17,923 nt of DNA from a bacterium (GCA_041497675.1 JBGQGY010000082.1:1-17923); one strand, 5' to 3'. Shown: positions 7,777-16,095, numbered from the stretch's first letter. The notes: a model not told the origin generated them from the sequence alone. Translations and numbers: made by a program.

Positions 7777-8670
7777 GTGACCGAGATCAGGGACGAGACG
7801 TTTGGCGGCACCTTCCCGTTCGCGCCCCACTACCACGCCGTCAACGGATTTGAGATGCACTACGTCGACGAGGGGCGCGGGGAACCCGTGGTGTTGCTCC
7901 ACGGCGATCCCACGTGGGGATATCTCTGGCGCGCGTTCATCCCCCCGCTCGCCCGCGGTCACCGATGCATCGTGCCGGATCACATGGGCATGGGGAAATC
8001 GGGTGTCCCCGATACTCCGTATCCCTACCGTCTCGCGCATCACATTGCGAACCTCGAAAGCCTGGTCCTGCGGCTCGATCTTCGCCACGTGACGCTGATC
8101 GTCCACGATTGGGGCGGGCCGGTCGGTTTGGGCGTCGCCGCTCGCCACCCCGGACGAATCAAGCGCCTGGTGTTGACGAACACTTGGGCGTTTGCGCCGT
8201 GGCCCGGCGGGCCGCTGCCCCGGCTCCTCGAGATCATTCGATCGGATCGGGGCGAGAAGTTCGTGCTTGAGCGGAACGGCTATCTCGAGCCTGCGTTGCT
8301 CGGCACCACGCACCATCCGGAGCTTCTGACGCCGGCGGTCCTCAACGCCTACCGCGCCCCATATCCGACGCCGGCCTCGCGCCGCGCGCTGCTGTGCTGG
8401 TCGCGGGACATCCCGCTGGGCGCGGCCGATCCGTCATTCGATGAGATGAAGCGGGTCGAGCGCAGTCTCGCGCAGTTTGCCGCGATCCCCGTCCTGCTGG
8501 TCTGGGGTATGCGGGACCCGGTGCTCGGCCCGGACGTTCTCCAGATGTGGCATCGTATCTTCCCGCGGGCCGAGCGTCTGGAGATCGATGATGCCAGCCA
8601 CTTCTTGCAGGAGGACGCGGGTGATCGCGTCGTGGGCCGCATCATGCAGTTCCTCGAGACCCACCCGTAG
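7777..8670 (+). CDS. Alpha/beta hydrolase of the haloalkane dehalogenase / OleB beta-lactone decarboxylase-like group
   Basis: MHYVDEG, LLHGDPTWGYLW, PDHMGMGKS, nucleophile elbow VHDWGG, LTNT, WGMRD, ASHFLQED, giving an Asp-His-Asp triad. Confidence 0.9.
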   Translation: MTEIRDETFGGTFPFAPHYHAVNGFEMHYVDEGRGEPVVLLHGDPTWGYLWRAFIPPLARGHRCIVPDHMGMGKSGVPDTPYPYRLAHHIANLESLVLRLDLRHVTLIVHDWGGPVGLGVAARHPGRIKRLVLTNTWAFAPWPGGPLPRLLEIIRSDRGEKFVLERNGYLEPALLGTTHHPELLTPAVLNAYRAPYPTPASRRALLCWSRDIPLGAADPSFDEMKRVERSLAQFAAIPVLLVWGMRDPVLGPDVLQMWHRIFPRAERLEIDDASHFLQEDAGDRVVGRIMQFLETHP

Positions 8671-8678
8671 GGGCGCCG

Positions 8679-9902
8679 ATGTTCTCACAGGGCTGGCTCG
8701 TGGTCGGCATCGTCCTGATTGGGTTGGGACTCGCCGTGCACGGCGGCGGTCCGTTCGTGGTGGGGATGGTGCTCCTGCTGGGCGCGGGGACGTCGTACTT
8801 GTCGCACACGCACTGTCTGGATCGCGTGGAGTTTCGACGGATCTTTACACCACGCCGGGTGTTCTACGGTGAGGACGTGACCCTCACGTTAGAAGTGACC
8901 AACCGGAAACCGCTTCCGCTGGCCTGGCTCGAACTCACCGACGAGCTGCCCGAAGAGCTGATCCCAAAGCGCGGTCGCGTTATCCCGAGCCTGCGGCAGC
9001 GCCGGCAGCACCTGGTGCATCTCTTTTCGCTACGCTGGTATGAACGTGTCCGCCGGCGTGTCACGGTGACCTGCACGGCGCGCGGCTACTTCCCGCTTGG
9101 TCCTGCGCGTGTGCGGTCCGGCGATGTCTTTGGCATTACGTCGCGTGGCCACGACGTCGAGCACGTGGATCACCTGATCGTGTATCCAAAAGTCGTGCCA
9201 CTGGACGCCCTGGGGATCCCACCGTTGCACCCGCTTGGCGATCAGCGCGCGCCGCGACCGCTGCTGGAGGATCCCGCGCGGACGGCAGGCGTGCGCGAGT
9301 ACCGGACGACCGACCCGCTGCGCCGCGTGCACTGGAAGGCGAGCGCCCGGATCGGTGTGTTGCAGTCGCGGCAGTACGAGCCGACGGCAGTGCACCGGAT
9401 CGCCGTGTTTCTCAACATGGACACGCTCGGCCACTACGCCGAGTACCGCGGGTTCGTGCGCCCACTGCTGGAGCTGAACATCATGGTGGCGGCTTCGTTG
9501 GCGGCGTGGGCCAACGAACAGGACTATCCCATCGGTCTGATCGCCAACGGGTATCTTCCCGAGGGCCTGCGGCGCGTGCGGCTGGCGCCCGCGCTTGGTG
9601 AGACGCACCTGTCGGCGATCCTCGAGGCCCTCGCGAAGGTGTTCCCCACGCCGGTGATGCCCATCGGCGACCTGATGTACCTGGAGTCCGGCGATCTGCC
9701 TTGGGGAACCACGGCCGTGGTCGTCACCGCCGTGATCGACTTGTCGCTCCGTGTCGGGATCAACCGTCTGCGAGAGGCGGGACACGGGGTGATCCTGGTG
9801 CTGATCGGCGACCCCACCGGCGACGTCCAACTCAACGTGCCCACCTATCGGGTCAGCCAGGAGGCCGGCTGGCGTGCGATGGACGAGATCCACCTCGTCT
9901 GA
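8679..9902 (+). CDS. DUF58 domain protein (vWA-like, with N-terminal TM helices)
   Basis: Two N-terminal hydrophobic helices, RGYF..GP...SGDVFG, LIVYP, and GVREYRTTDPLRRVHWKASAR...SRQYE. Typical MoxR partner. Confidence 0.92.
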   Translation: MFSQGWLVVGIVLIGLGLAVHGGGPFVVGMVLLLGAGTSYLSHTHCLDRVEFRRIFTPRRVFYGEDVTLTLEVTNRKPLPLAWLELTDELPEELIPKRGRVIPSLRQRRQHLVHLFSLRWYERVRRRVTVTCTARGYFPLGPARVRSGDVFGITSRGHDVEHVDHLIVYPKVVPLDALGIPPLHPLGDQRAPRPLLEDPARTAGVREYRTTDPLRRVHWKASARIGVLQSRQYEPTAVHRIAVFLNMDTLGHYAEYRGFVRPLLELNIMVAASLAAWANEQDYPIGLIANGYLPEGLRRVRLAPALGETHLSAILEALAKVFPTPVMPIGDLMYLESGDLPWGTTAVVVTAVIDLSLRVGINRLREAGHGVILVLIGDPTGDVQLNVPTYRVSQEAGWRAMDEIHLV

Positions 9903-11424
9903 GGCCGCGCCCAACGCGGCGATCGGTCGCGGGCCCGCCGCCACGCGGGGCGGCGAGGGCTTTTGGGACAGCGTGCGGCGCCTGTTGCCGACCGTCCGCG
10001 TCATCATGGAGTTTTGCTGGCTCTATCCGTGGCTCGTGGTCATCGGCGGAGGCCTCTACGGAGCCGACGGGCCCCTGCTCTCGCCCGTCTGGGCGCTGGG
10101 GCTGCTGCTGGGCGCCCAGGCGTTGGTGCGGCCCGTGGTCGAGACTGCGTCCACCCTTCGGTTTTCTCGCGTGGCCTTGATCGCCGGCGGCGTGATCCTG
10201 GGCCTGCTTGCGGTCCACGATCGGCACTACGTGTCCGTGCCTCTCTGGCACCCCGCCTGGATTGGATCCTTGCTCCGCGCCGTTCACGATATCTTTCCCA
10301 GCGTGCACGTGGCCGTGACGGCGTCGCTGCTGGCCGCGCTGCTGTGGTGGCGCGGGCTGGCGATTGGCCTCCGCGAGGTCGGCGCGATCGAGATCGAGAT
10401 GGCGTACAAGACCGGTGTCGCCATGGTCGTGTTGTATCTGATTGCGGTGGCCGTCTATGCGGACACGCAGGGGTTTGCGGCTGCCGGTCCCGACCTGCCC
10501 AGCTCGATGCTGGCATTTTTCTTCTTAGGCCTGTCGGCGCTTGCGCTCGCCCGTCTGTCGACGATCTGGGAAACCGGGCGCCCCGAGGAGCGCGCGCAGG
10601 TGCCCGGACGCGCCTGGTTGTTGTTGGTGATCGGCGTTGTCGGATCGATCATGCTGGTGGCGAGCACCATGGCCGGTCTGGCCGCGGCCGACATCTCGAA
10701 GTATCTGGTGCTTGCACTTCGGCCGCTGATGCCGGTCGTCGAAGTGGTGTTTGTCGTGCTGTTTTTCATCGCCAGCCTGATCGTCCGTGTGCTGATCGCC
10801 ATCTTAGCGCAGCTGCCGCAGCGGCAGCCGCGCGAGATCGGGCAGCCGACGACGGTCATCGACGACCTGCTGCGCCGCCTGCGGGAACTCGAGGTGAACC
10901 GTCAATTCGTTGAGAGCGCCAGATGGGGGATGGCCCTCGCGCTGCTTGCGCTGCTGATCATCGGAATGGCGGTGACGATTGTCCTCATCCGGCGGCGTGA
11001 GCGGAAGCAGGACGAAGACGAGCGCGAGTCGGTGTGGTCGGCGCGCGACGCGCTGGCCGCTCTGGCCGGGCTGCTCGGTGGGTTACGGCTGCGGCGCGCG
11101 ACGGCCGGCGAGGCGCCGGGGCCCGAGGTGAGCGCGATCAGGCGAATCTATCGTACGCTGCTCGAGATGGGCGCGAGCCTGGGCGCCCCACGCAAGACCT
11201 GGGCAACACCGCGCGAGCATCTGCCGCCGCTGCACGGCGCGCTCCCTGAGGCCGGGCCCGAGGTCGAGTCGCTGACGTGGACGTACGAGCGGGTACGGTA
11301 CGGACGGTGGCGGCCGACGCGAGACGACGTGCGCGCCGCCGAAGCGGCGCTCGAGCGCGCGAGGGCGACTGTGCCGCCGGGTGCGGGTGCGCCTACGGTT
11401 TCTTCTGAGGGACGCAGCAAATAA
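9874..11424 (+). CDS. Multi-pass membrane protein with C-terminal DUF4129 domain
   Basis: About 9-10 hydrophobic segments. C-terminal IRRIYRTLL...G.PR..WATPREH...LTWTYERVRYG matches the DUF4129 pattern. Start is uncertain (GTG 9874 overlapping DUF58, or a later start). Confidence 0.85.
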   Translation: MRWTRSTSSEAAPNAAIGRGPAATRGGEGFWDSVRRLLPTVRVIMEFCWLYPWLVVIGGGLYGADGPLLSPVWALGLLLGAQALVRPVVETASTLRFSRVALIAGGVILGLLAVHDRHYVSVPLWHPAWIGSLLRAVHDIFPSVHVAVTASLLAALLWWRGLAIGLREVGAIEIEMAYKTGVAMVVLYLIAVAVYADTQGFAAAGPDLPSSMLAFFFLGLSALALARLSTIWETGRPEERAQVPGRAWLLLVIGVVGSIMLVASTMAGLAAADISKYLVLALRPLMPVVEVVFVVLFFIASLIVRVLIAILAQLPQRQPREIGQPTTVIDDLLRRLRELEVNRQFVESARWGMALALLALLIIGMAVTIVLIRRRERKQDEDERESVWSARDALAALAGLLGGLRLRRATAGEAPGPEVSAIRRIYRTLLEMGASLGAPRKTWATPREHLPPLHGALPEAGPEVESLTWTYERVRYGRWRPTRDDVRAAEAALERARATVPPGAGAPTVSSEGRSK

Positions 11425-11731
11425 ACTTGAGCGTCTCCGAGCCGGTATTCTTGATCTGGTGACGTTCGTATGGCGGCACCCACATCACCACGCCAGGCTC
11501 GAGGTGCTGTTCGCCGGTCGCGCCGACCATTACACCTTCCCCTGCGAGCAGGTACATCTCTTGTTCGTACCAGTGGTCGTGCAGGGGCGTGGAGGCGCCG
11601 GGGTCGACCTCGAACACCCGCATAGCAAAGTTCTCGGCGCCGCGCTTCTTGTCGATGACCCACCGGATCTTGACGCCGGGCATCGACTCGGGCTCTTCGG
11701 CAGGAACCGCTTCTGGGCGAAAGATCTCCAT
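11393..11731 (-). CDS. Cupin_2 domain protein
   Basis: MEIFRPE...NFAMRVFEVDPGASTPLHDHWYEQEMYLLAGEG...VPPYERHQIKNTG. Start placed at ATG 11731 from domain boundary and promoter position. Confidence 0.9.
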   Translation of the reverse strand: MEIFRPEAVPAEEPESMPGVKIRWVIDKKRGAENFAMRVFEVDPGASTPLHDHWYEQEMYLLAGEGVMVGATGEQHLEPGVVMWVPPYERHQIKNTGSETLKFICCVPQKKP

Positions 11732-11737
11732 ACGATG

Positions 11738-11746
11738 ATGATACCA
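11738..11746 (-). promoter_or_regulatory. Extended -10 promoter (TGgTATCAT), implying a leaderless cupin mRNA
   Basis: Minus strand reads TGGTATCAT-CATCGT-ATG, so the -10 lies 6 nt before the ATG. No SD sequence is present. Confidence 0.6.
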
Positions 11747-11805
11747 AATCAGGCAGGCGGAGACGAGGAGTTCTCGCAGCATCGTGCAAACCAATAGGGC
11801 AGACC

Positions 11806-11814
11806 TGGTAGGGT
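11806..11814 (+). promoter_or_regulatory. Extended -10 promoter (TGgTAGGGT) for the O-methyltransferase gene
   Basis: TGnTAnnnT motif followed closely by GGGGAGG SD and ATG at 11837. Confidence 0.45.
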
Positions 11815-11836
11815 TAGTAGGGGAGGATTACACGTC

Positions 11837-12493
11837 ATGGAACCGCTGGCACCGGAGCTGCACCAGTACCTCGATGGCCTCGTTCCACCACGTCCTGCCG
11901 AGATGCAGGCCATGGAAGCCTACGCGAAGCAAAACAAGTTCCCGATCGTGGGGCCGGCGGCGGGCTACTTCTGCTATCAACTGGCGCGGTTGATCGGCGC
12001 CACACGCATCTTCGAACTGGGGTCGGGGTATGGGTACTCGACGGCCTGGTTTGCGCGGGCCGTCAAAGAGAACGGCGGCGGCACGGTTTTTCACGTCGTG
12101 TGGGACGACGGCCTCTCGCAGCGCGCCCGCAAGCACCTGAGCGTGTTGGGGTACGACGGGATCATCCAGTATCGCGTGAGCGAGGCCATCAAGACCCTGC
12201 GGGAGACCGAGGGTCCCTTCGATCTGATTTTCAACGACATTGAGAAAGACGGGTACCCGGCGTCACTGCCGATCATCAAAGAGAAACTACGCCCCGGCGG
12301 GTTGCTGATTACCGACAATATGCTGTTCCATGGCACCATCTTCGACCCGCAAAACCACACGAAGTCCGTTGAGGGGGTCCGCGAGTTCACCCGTCTCGTG
12401 ATGAACGATCCTGCGTTGACGGCGTCGATCGTCCCGATCCGCGACGGGCTCCTCGTCGCTCGGAGAGATTCAGGAGGTAGCAGTGGCGGCTAG
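11837..12493 (+). CDS. SAM-dependent O-methyltransferase (Methyltransf_3 / YrrM / CCoAOMT-like)
   Basis: FPIVGP, RIFELGSGYGYST, GPFDLIFNDIEK, LRPGGLLITDN, PIRDGL. Strong RBS. Confidence 0.93.
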   Translation: MEPLAPELHQYLDGLVPPRPAEMQAMEAYAKQNKFPIVGPAAGYFCYQLARLIGATRIFELGSGYGYSTAWFARAVKENGGGTVFHVVWDDGLSQRARKHLSVLGYDGIIQYRVSEAIKTLRETEGPFDLIFNDIEKDGYPASLPIIKEKLRPGGLLITDNMLFHGTIFDPQNHTKSVEGVREFTRLVMNDPALTASIVPIRDGLLVARRDSGGSSGG

Positions 12494-13131
12494 ACCCAAG
12501 GAATGAGGTCGCGCTGCAGGCGGAATTCCCAGCCCTTAGGATAATCGACGCGGTATTCGGCGCGAATCCCAGCGGCACTGCCGCAGAAGTACAGCGGCTT
12601 CTTTCGTTTGATGTACTTTGCCTTTCGTAGCGGGTCGTTTCCTCGATCGGAACGAGAGTAGTCGATCTCCTGCTCGTAGTTTCTGATGCCCTTGATTAGA
12701 GCCTCGATCTGGGCCGGGTGTTGCTTGACTTCGCAGTAGACCAAGAGCTGTCCCGAGCCGTACAAAGCTAGGTCCATGAGGCCGTCTTCAAAGGTGAGCT
12801 GTAGGCCGCGCTGTGTCGCCAGCCCGAAGAGCCGGACGTATTCGGCTGCTTGGACATAGTACTCCCAGTATGGAGAGGGGGCGCCGCTCGAGGATGGACC
12901 AAACCATTTATAGGGCCCCTTCTTCGCGGGGAGGCCCTTTAAGCGAAAGGCATACCCCTGCGTGAGAATAATGCCTTCCCGAATGCCCAGAGCCAATGCT
13001 TCGCATAGCCCAGACCCCAATCTCGCGTAGATCTTCTCATAGTACTCATTCTGCTGATGGTCTTTGTAGTGCCATTTGGCGCTCGCGGCACTAACCCACT
13101 TTCGGAATTCCACGTCGAATTCATGGAACAT
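12490..13131 (-). CDS. Hypothetical 213-aa protein with a PD-(D/E)xK nuclease-like motif
   Basis: ATG 13131 with GGGAGG 8 nt upstream. This is the C-terminal part of track ORF 12490..14472. Pattern WEYYVQ...LTFEDGLMDLALY...LVYCEVK. GC is lower than in flanking genes. Confidence 0.7.
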   Translation of the reverse strand: MFHEFDVEFRKWVSAASAKWHYKDHQQNEYYEKIYARLGSGLCEALALGIREGIILTQGYAFRLKGLPAKKGPYKWFGPSSSGAPSPYWEYYVQAAEYVRLFGLATQRGLQLTFEDGLMDLALYGSGQLLVYCEVKQHPAQIEALIKGIRNYEQEIDYSRSDRGNDPLRKAKYIKRKKPLYFCGSAAGIRAEYRVDYPKGWEFRLQRDLIPWV

Positions 13132-13154
13132 GCGGGTTCCTCCCGACGATTTCG

Positions 13155-14351
13155 CTACACCGCGATCGTCTGATCCGCCAGCCGCTTGCTGCGCTTTGTG
13201 ATGACTTCCGGGCGCGTCTTGCCGACGATCACCGTGTCGTCCTGCCGGAAACCGCCCACGCCGTAGATGTAGATCCCCGGCTCGCTCGAGTAGACTTCGT
13301 TCTCCATCAACGGCCGGTAGTTGAACGCCATGTCCTCCGGGAACTCGTGACCGGCGATGCCCATGCCGTGCCCCGTCCGGTGGAAGATGTGCGCGCCGAA
13401 TCCGTGCTTTTCGATGACACCCTGCGCCGCCGCGTCGACCTCCGCGACCGCGTTGCCCGCGACGAGCTTCTCGATCGCCGCCATGTTCGCTTCGGTTGCC
13501 GCTTCGAACGCGCGCCGCTGCAGGTCGCTGCGGGGCGGGCCGACGAAGAGCGTCCGCTCGTTTTCCACCACCAGACCGTTTAGCCGGACGATGATGATGT
13601 TGACGATACCATCGCCCTTTTCGATGCGCATGCCGGCGTCCGCGCCGGTGCCGTGCGGTGACGCCGAGGCTGGCCCGGTCAGCGACAGTACCCGGACCTC
13701 GACGCGTTCCTTCGGGAAGCGTGTGGCGCCTTCGACCGTCATGCGCTTCGCGACGTCCAGGTCGAGCTCCGCGACCAACGCCCCGGGTCGCGCAAGTTCC
13801 ATGTAGCGGTCCTGCCCCCAGTCGGTCAGCGCCGCGCCCAAGCGCATAATCTCGAGCTCCTGAGGATACTTCACCTGCCGCATTCCCACCAGGAACCGGG
13901 AGACATCGATGATGTCTTTCAGCCCAACCATCAGGCCCCGCAGCGCCTGGAGCGGCGCCGTGCGATCGGCGCACAACGTGCCCCCGCGAACGCCGGCGGC
14001 GCGCAGCTTGACCGCCAGCAGGTCGAGCCACCGATCGCGCGTGTAGGTACGATTCACGCTGCGCGGGTGCTCGACGTAGATGGCGTGGTCGGTCACGTGT
14101 AGCGTCCCGCGCTCGGTCGCCATCTTCAGGTGATGTGTCGACAATTCGTTCATCACCAGAAACGGTTGGCCCTCGGCGGGGAAGACCGCGACGACCGGAC
14201 GCTCCCACGGCGCGACGTCCAGATGGTAGCCGGTCACCATGTAGAAGTGATCGGGGTCGGTGACGAGCAGCGCCGCGTACTCGTGGACCTTGAGGAACTC
14301 GCGGATCCGGCGGTGACGGTCGGTGAACACTTCGGCGGGCACAAACGGCAT
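13155..14351 (-). CDS. M24 family (Xaa-Pro peptidase / creatinase-like) hydrolase
   Basis: Creatinase-N-like N-terminus, MRQVKYPQELE, SPHG, HRTGHGMG, HEFP, SEPGIY...GGFR. AAGGAGG RBS. Confidence 0.92.
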   Translation of the reverse strand: MPFVPAEVFTDRHRRIREFLKVHEYAALLVTDPDHFYMVTGYHLDVAPWERPVVAVFPAEGQPFLVMNELSTHHLKMATERGTLHVTDHAIYVEHPRSVNRTYTRDRWLDLLAVKLRAAGVRGGTLCADRTAPLQALRGLMVGLKDIIDVSRFLVGMRQVKYPQELEIMRLGAALTDWGQDRYMELARPGALVAELDLDVAKRMTVEGATRFPKERVEVRVLSLTGPASASPHGTGADAGMRIEKGDGIVNIIIVRLNGLVVENERTLFVGPPRSDLQRRAFEAATEANMAAIEKLVAGNAVAEVDAAAQGVIEKHGFGAHIFHRTGHGMGIAGHEFPEDMAFNYRPLMENEVYSSEPGIYIYGVGGFRQDDTVIVGKTRPEVITKRSKRLADQTIAV

Positions 14352-14363
14352 CGATGATCCTCC

Positions 14364-15182
14364 TTATGTTGTGAGCCTGGGATCGAGCGTGTCCCGGAGC
14401 CAGTCGCCGATCAGGTTTACGCCCAGCGCCGTCAGCACGAGCGCCAGCCCCGGAAACGTCGTCATCCACCACGCGTTGTAAATGTACGTCTTACCCTCGT
14501 TGAGCATATTGCCCCAGGAGGCCATCGGGGGCTGCACGCCAAACCCGAGAAAACTGATCGCGGCCTCCGCCACGATGAACTGCGCCACCTGCAGGGAAGA
14601 CAGGACGATGATCGGCGTCCAGAGGTTGGGTAACAGGTGGTGCCGGATGATGCGTGCTGCAGGCGCCCCCAATGCCCGCGCGGCTTCCACGTAGTCGAGC
14701 GCCTTGAGCGCGAGCACTTCGCCGCGCACCAACCGCGCGTAGACCACCCAGCCGGTGATGATCAGCGTAATGATGATGTTCTGGAGGCCAATGCCCAGGA
14801 TGGCGTTGACGACCAGCGCCAGCAGGATGAACGGAAACGACAACTGGACGTCTACCAAGCGCATCAGGACGACGTCGACCACCCCGCCCAGATACCCCGA
14901 GATGACGCCGAGGATCAAGCCGATGGCGCCGGCGATGCCGACCGTCACCAGGCCGATGGCCAGCGACACACGAGCGCCGTACAGAATTCGCGTGAAGAGA
15001 TCGCGGCCCAGCTGGTCGGTGCCGAACCAGTGCGTCCGGGACGGCGGCTCTAACGACCGGACGAGGTCGCTGTCGACCGGTCCGTATGCGCTCAGCAGGG
15101 GCGCGAGAATGGCGGTGGCCATGACGATGCCAACGGTGATCAGACCGAGCGCGCCGCTGCGGTTGAGCGGCAGGCTACGCAT
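14364..15182 (-). CDS. Peptide/nickel ABC transporter permease (DppC/OppC-like)
   Basis: HWFGTDQLGRDLFTRILYGARVSL, EAA motif YVEAARALGA, SFLGFGVQPP, NLIGDWLRDTLDPR. Start placed at ATG 15182, which overlaps the upstream stop (ATGCGTAG). Confidence 0.95.
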   Translation of the reverse strand: MRSLPLNRSGALGLITVGIVMATAILAPLLSAYGPVDSDLVRSLEPPSRTHWFGTDQLGRDLFTRILYGARVSLAIGLVTVGIAGAIGLILGVISGYLGGVVDVVLMRLVDVQLSFPFILLALVVNAILGIGLQNIIITLIITGWVVYARLVRGEVLALKALDYVEAARALGAPAARIIRHHLLPNLWTPIIVLSSLQVAQFIVAEAAISFLGFGVQPPMASWGNMLNEGKTYIYNAWWMTTFPGLALVLTALGVNLIGDWLRDTLDPRLTT

Positions 15183-16095
15183 ACCGGATGCGCGGGTTGA
15201 GCCACGCATAGGCCAGGTCGGCCGCAAGGTTCAACCCTGAATACATCACGGCTGTGAGGAACACGCCGACCAGCACCACGGGGAAGTCGCGGTTCAACAA
15301 CGCTTGAACCAGAAACCGCCCGACGCCCGGCCACGCGAAGATGGTCTCGGTGATCACCGCGCCGCCCAGGAGCTGGCCCAATTGCAGGGCCAGCAGCGTC
15401 ACGATGGGCAGGCTGGCATTCTTGAGGGCGTGTTTGTAGAGCACACGCGGCGGGGCGAGGCCTTTGGCCCGGGCGGTGCGGATGTAGTCCTGGCCCAGCA
15501 CGTCAAGCATCATCGAGCGGGTGAACCGCGCGAACCGGGCGGAGACAAACGCCGCCAATGTGACCGCCGGCATGATGTAGTGCAGCCATGTCCCGCGACC
15601 GCTCGTGGGCAGCCAGCGCAGCCACACCGCAAAGATATAGATCAACATCAACCCCAGCCAGAACCCCGGGATCGCCTGACCCAGCACGGTCGTCCCGATC
15701 CCAAGGTGATCGAACCACGAGTTGCGGCGCGCGGCCGAGATCACCCCGATGGGGATCGCGGTGCCAAGCGCGAGCAGCATCGCCACGGCCGACAGCGACA
15801 ACGTGGCGGGGAAGCGATCGAGCACGAGCCGCAGGGCGGGCTCCTGTTGCTGGCGCAGCGAGTTGCCGAAGTCGCCCCGCAGGGCGCCGCGCATGAAACG
15901 CGCGTATTGTACGACGAGCGGATCGTTGAACCCCAGACGCGTCCGGTATTCTTCGATCTGTTTGGGTGTGGTGTCGGTCGGCAAGAAGAGCTTCACTGGG
16001 TCGCCGGCCAGGAACTGTAGACAAAAGACCGCGGTGAGGGCCAGGAAGACCACCACCGCGGCCTCGAGGAGTCGGCGAAAGACGAACTGCGCCAT
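15175..16095 (-). CDS. Peptide/nickel ABC transporter permease (DppB/OppB-like)
   Basis: GDPV, GDFGNS, FPATL, QDYIRTARAKGL, HALKNA, GAVITETIFAWPGVG, RDFPVV, DLAYAWLNPRI. Confidence 0.96.
   Translation of the reverse strand: MAQFVFRRLLEAAVVVFLALTAVFCLQFLAGDPVKLFLPTDTTPKQIEEYRTRLGFNDPLVVQYARFMRGALRGDFGNSLRQQQEPALRLVLDRFPATLSLSAVAMLLALGTAIPIGVISAARRNSWFDHLGIGTTVLGQAIPGFWLGLMLIYIFAVWLRWLPTSGRGTWLHYIMPAVTLAAFVSARFARFTRSMMLDVLGQDYIRTARAKGLAPPRVLYKHALKNASLPIVTLLALQLGQLLGGAVITETIFAWPGVGRFLVQALLNRDFPVVLVGVFLTAVMYSGLNLAADLAYAWLNPRIRYA

Noticed and set aside
9030..10913. 325-aa minus-strand and 316-aa plus-strand ORFs
   Set aside because: Shadows of the DUF58 and DUF4129 genes with no recognisable domains.
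11837..13131. Methyltransferase plus nuclease-like gene as a restriction-modification pair
   Set aside because: The methyltransferase has O-methyltransferase family 3 motifs and lacks DPPY/NPPY or PC DNA-methylase motifs.
12488..13161. Similar ends GCTAGACC / GCTACACC as a target-site duplication around the orphan gene
   Set aside because: Short, imperfect, and explained by both genes ending in Val-TAG.
13132..14472. N-terminal ~447 aa of the 660-aa track ORF, suggesting a large fusion or overlapping gene
   Set aside because: Arg/Gly/Pro-rich off-frame shadow of the M24 and dppC genes. The real protein starts at 13131 with its own SD and a sharp change in composition.
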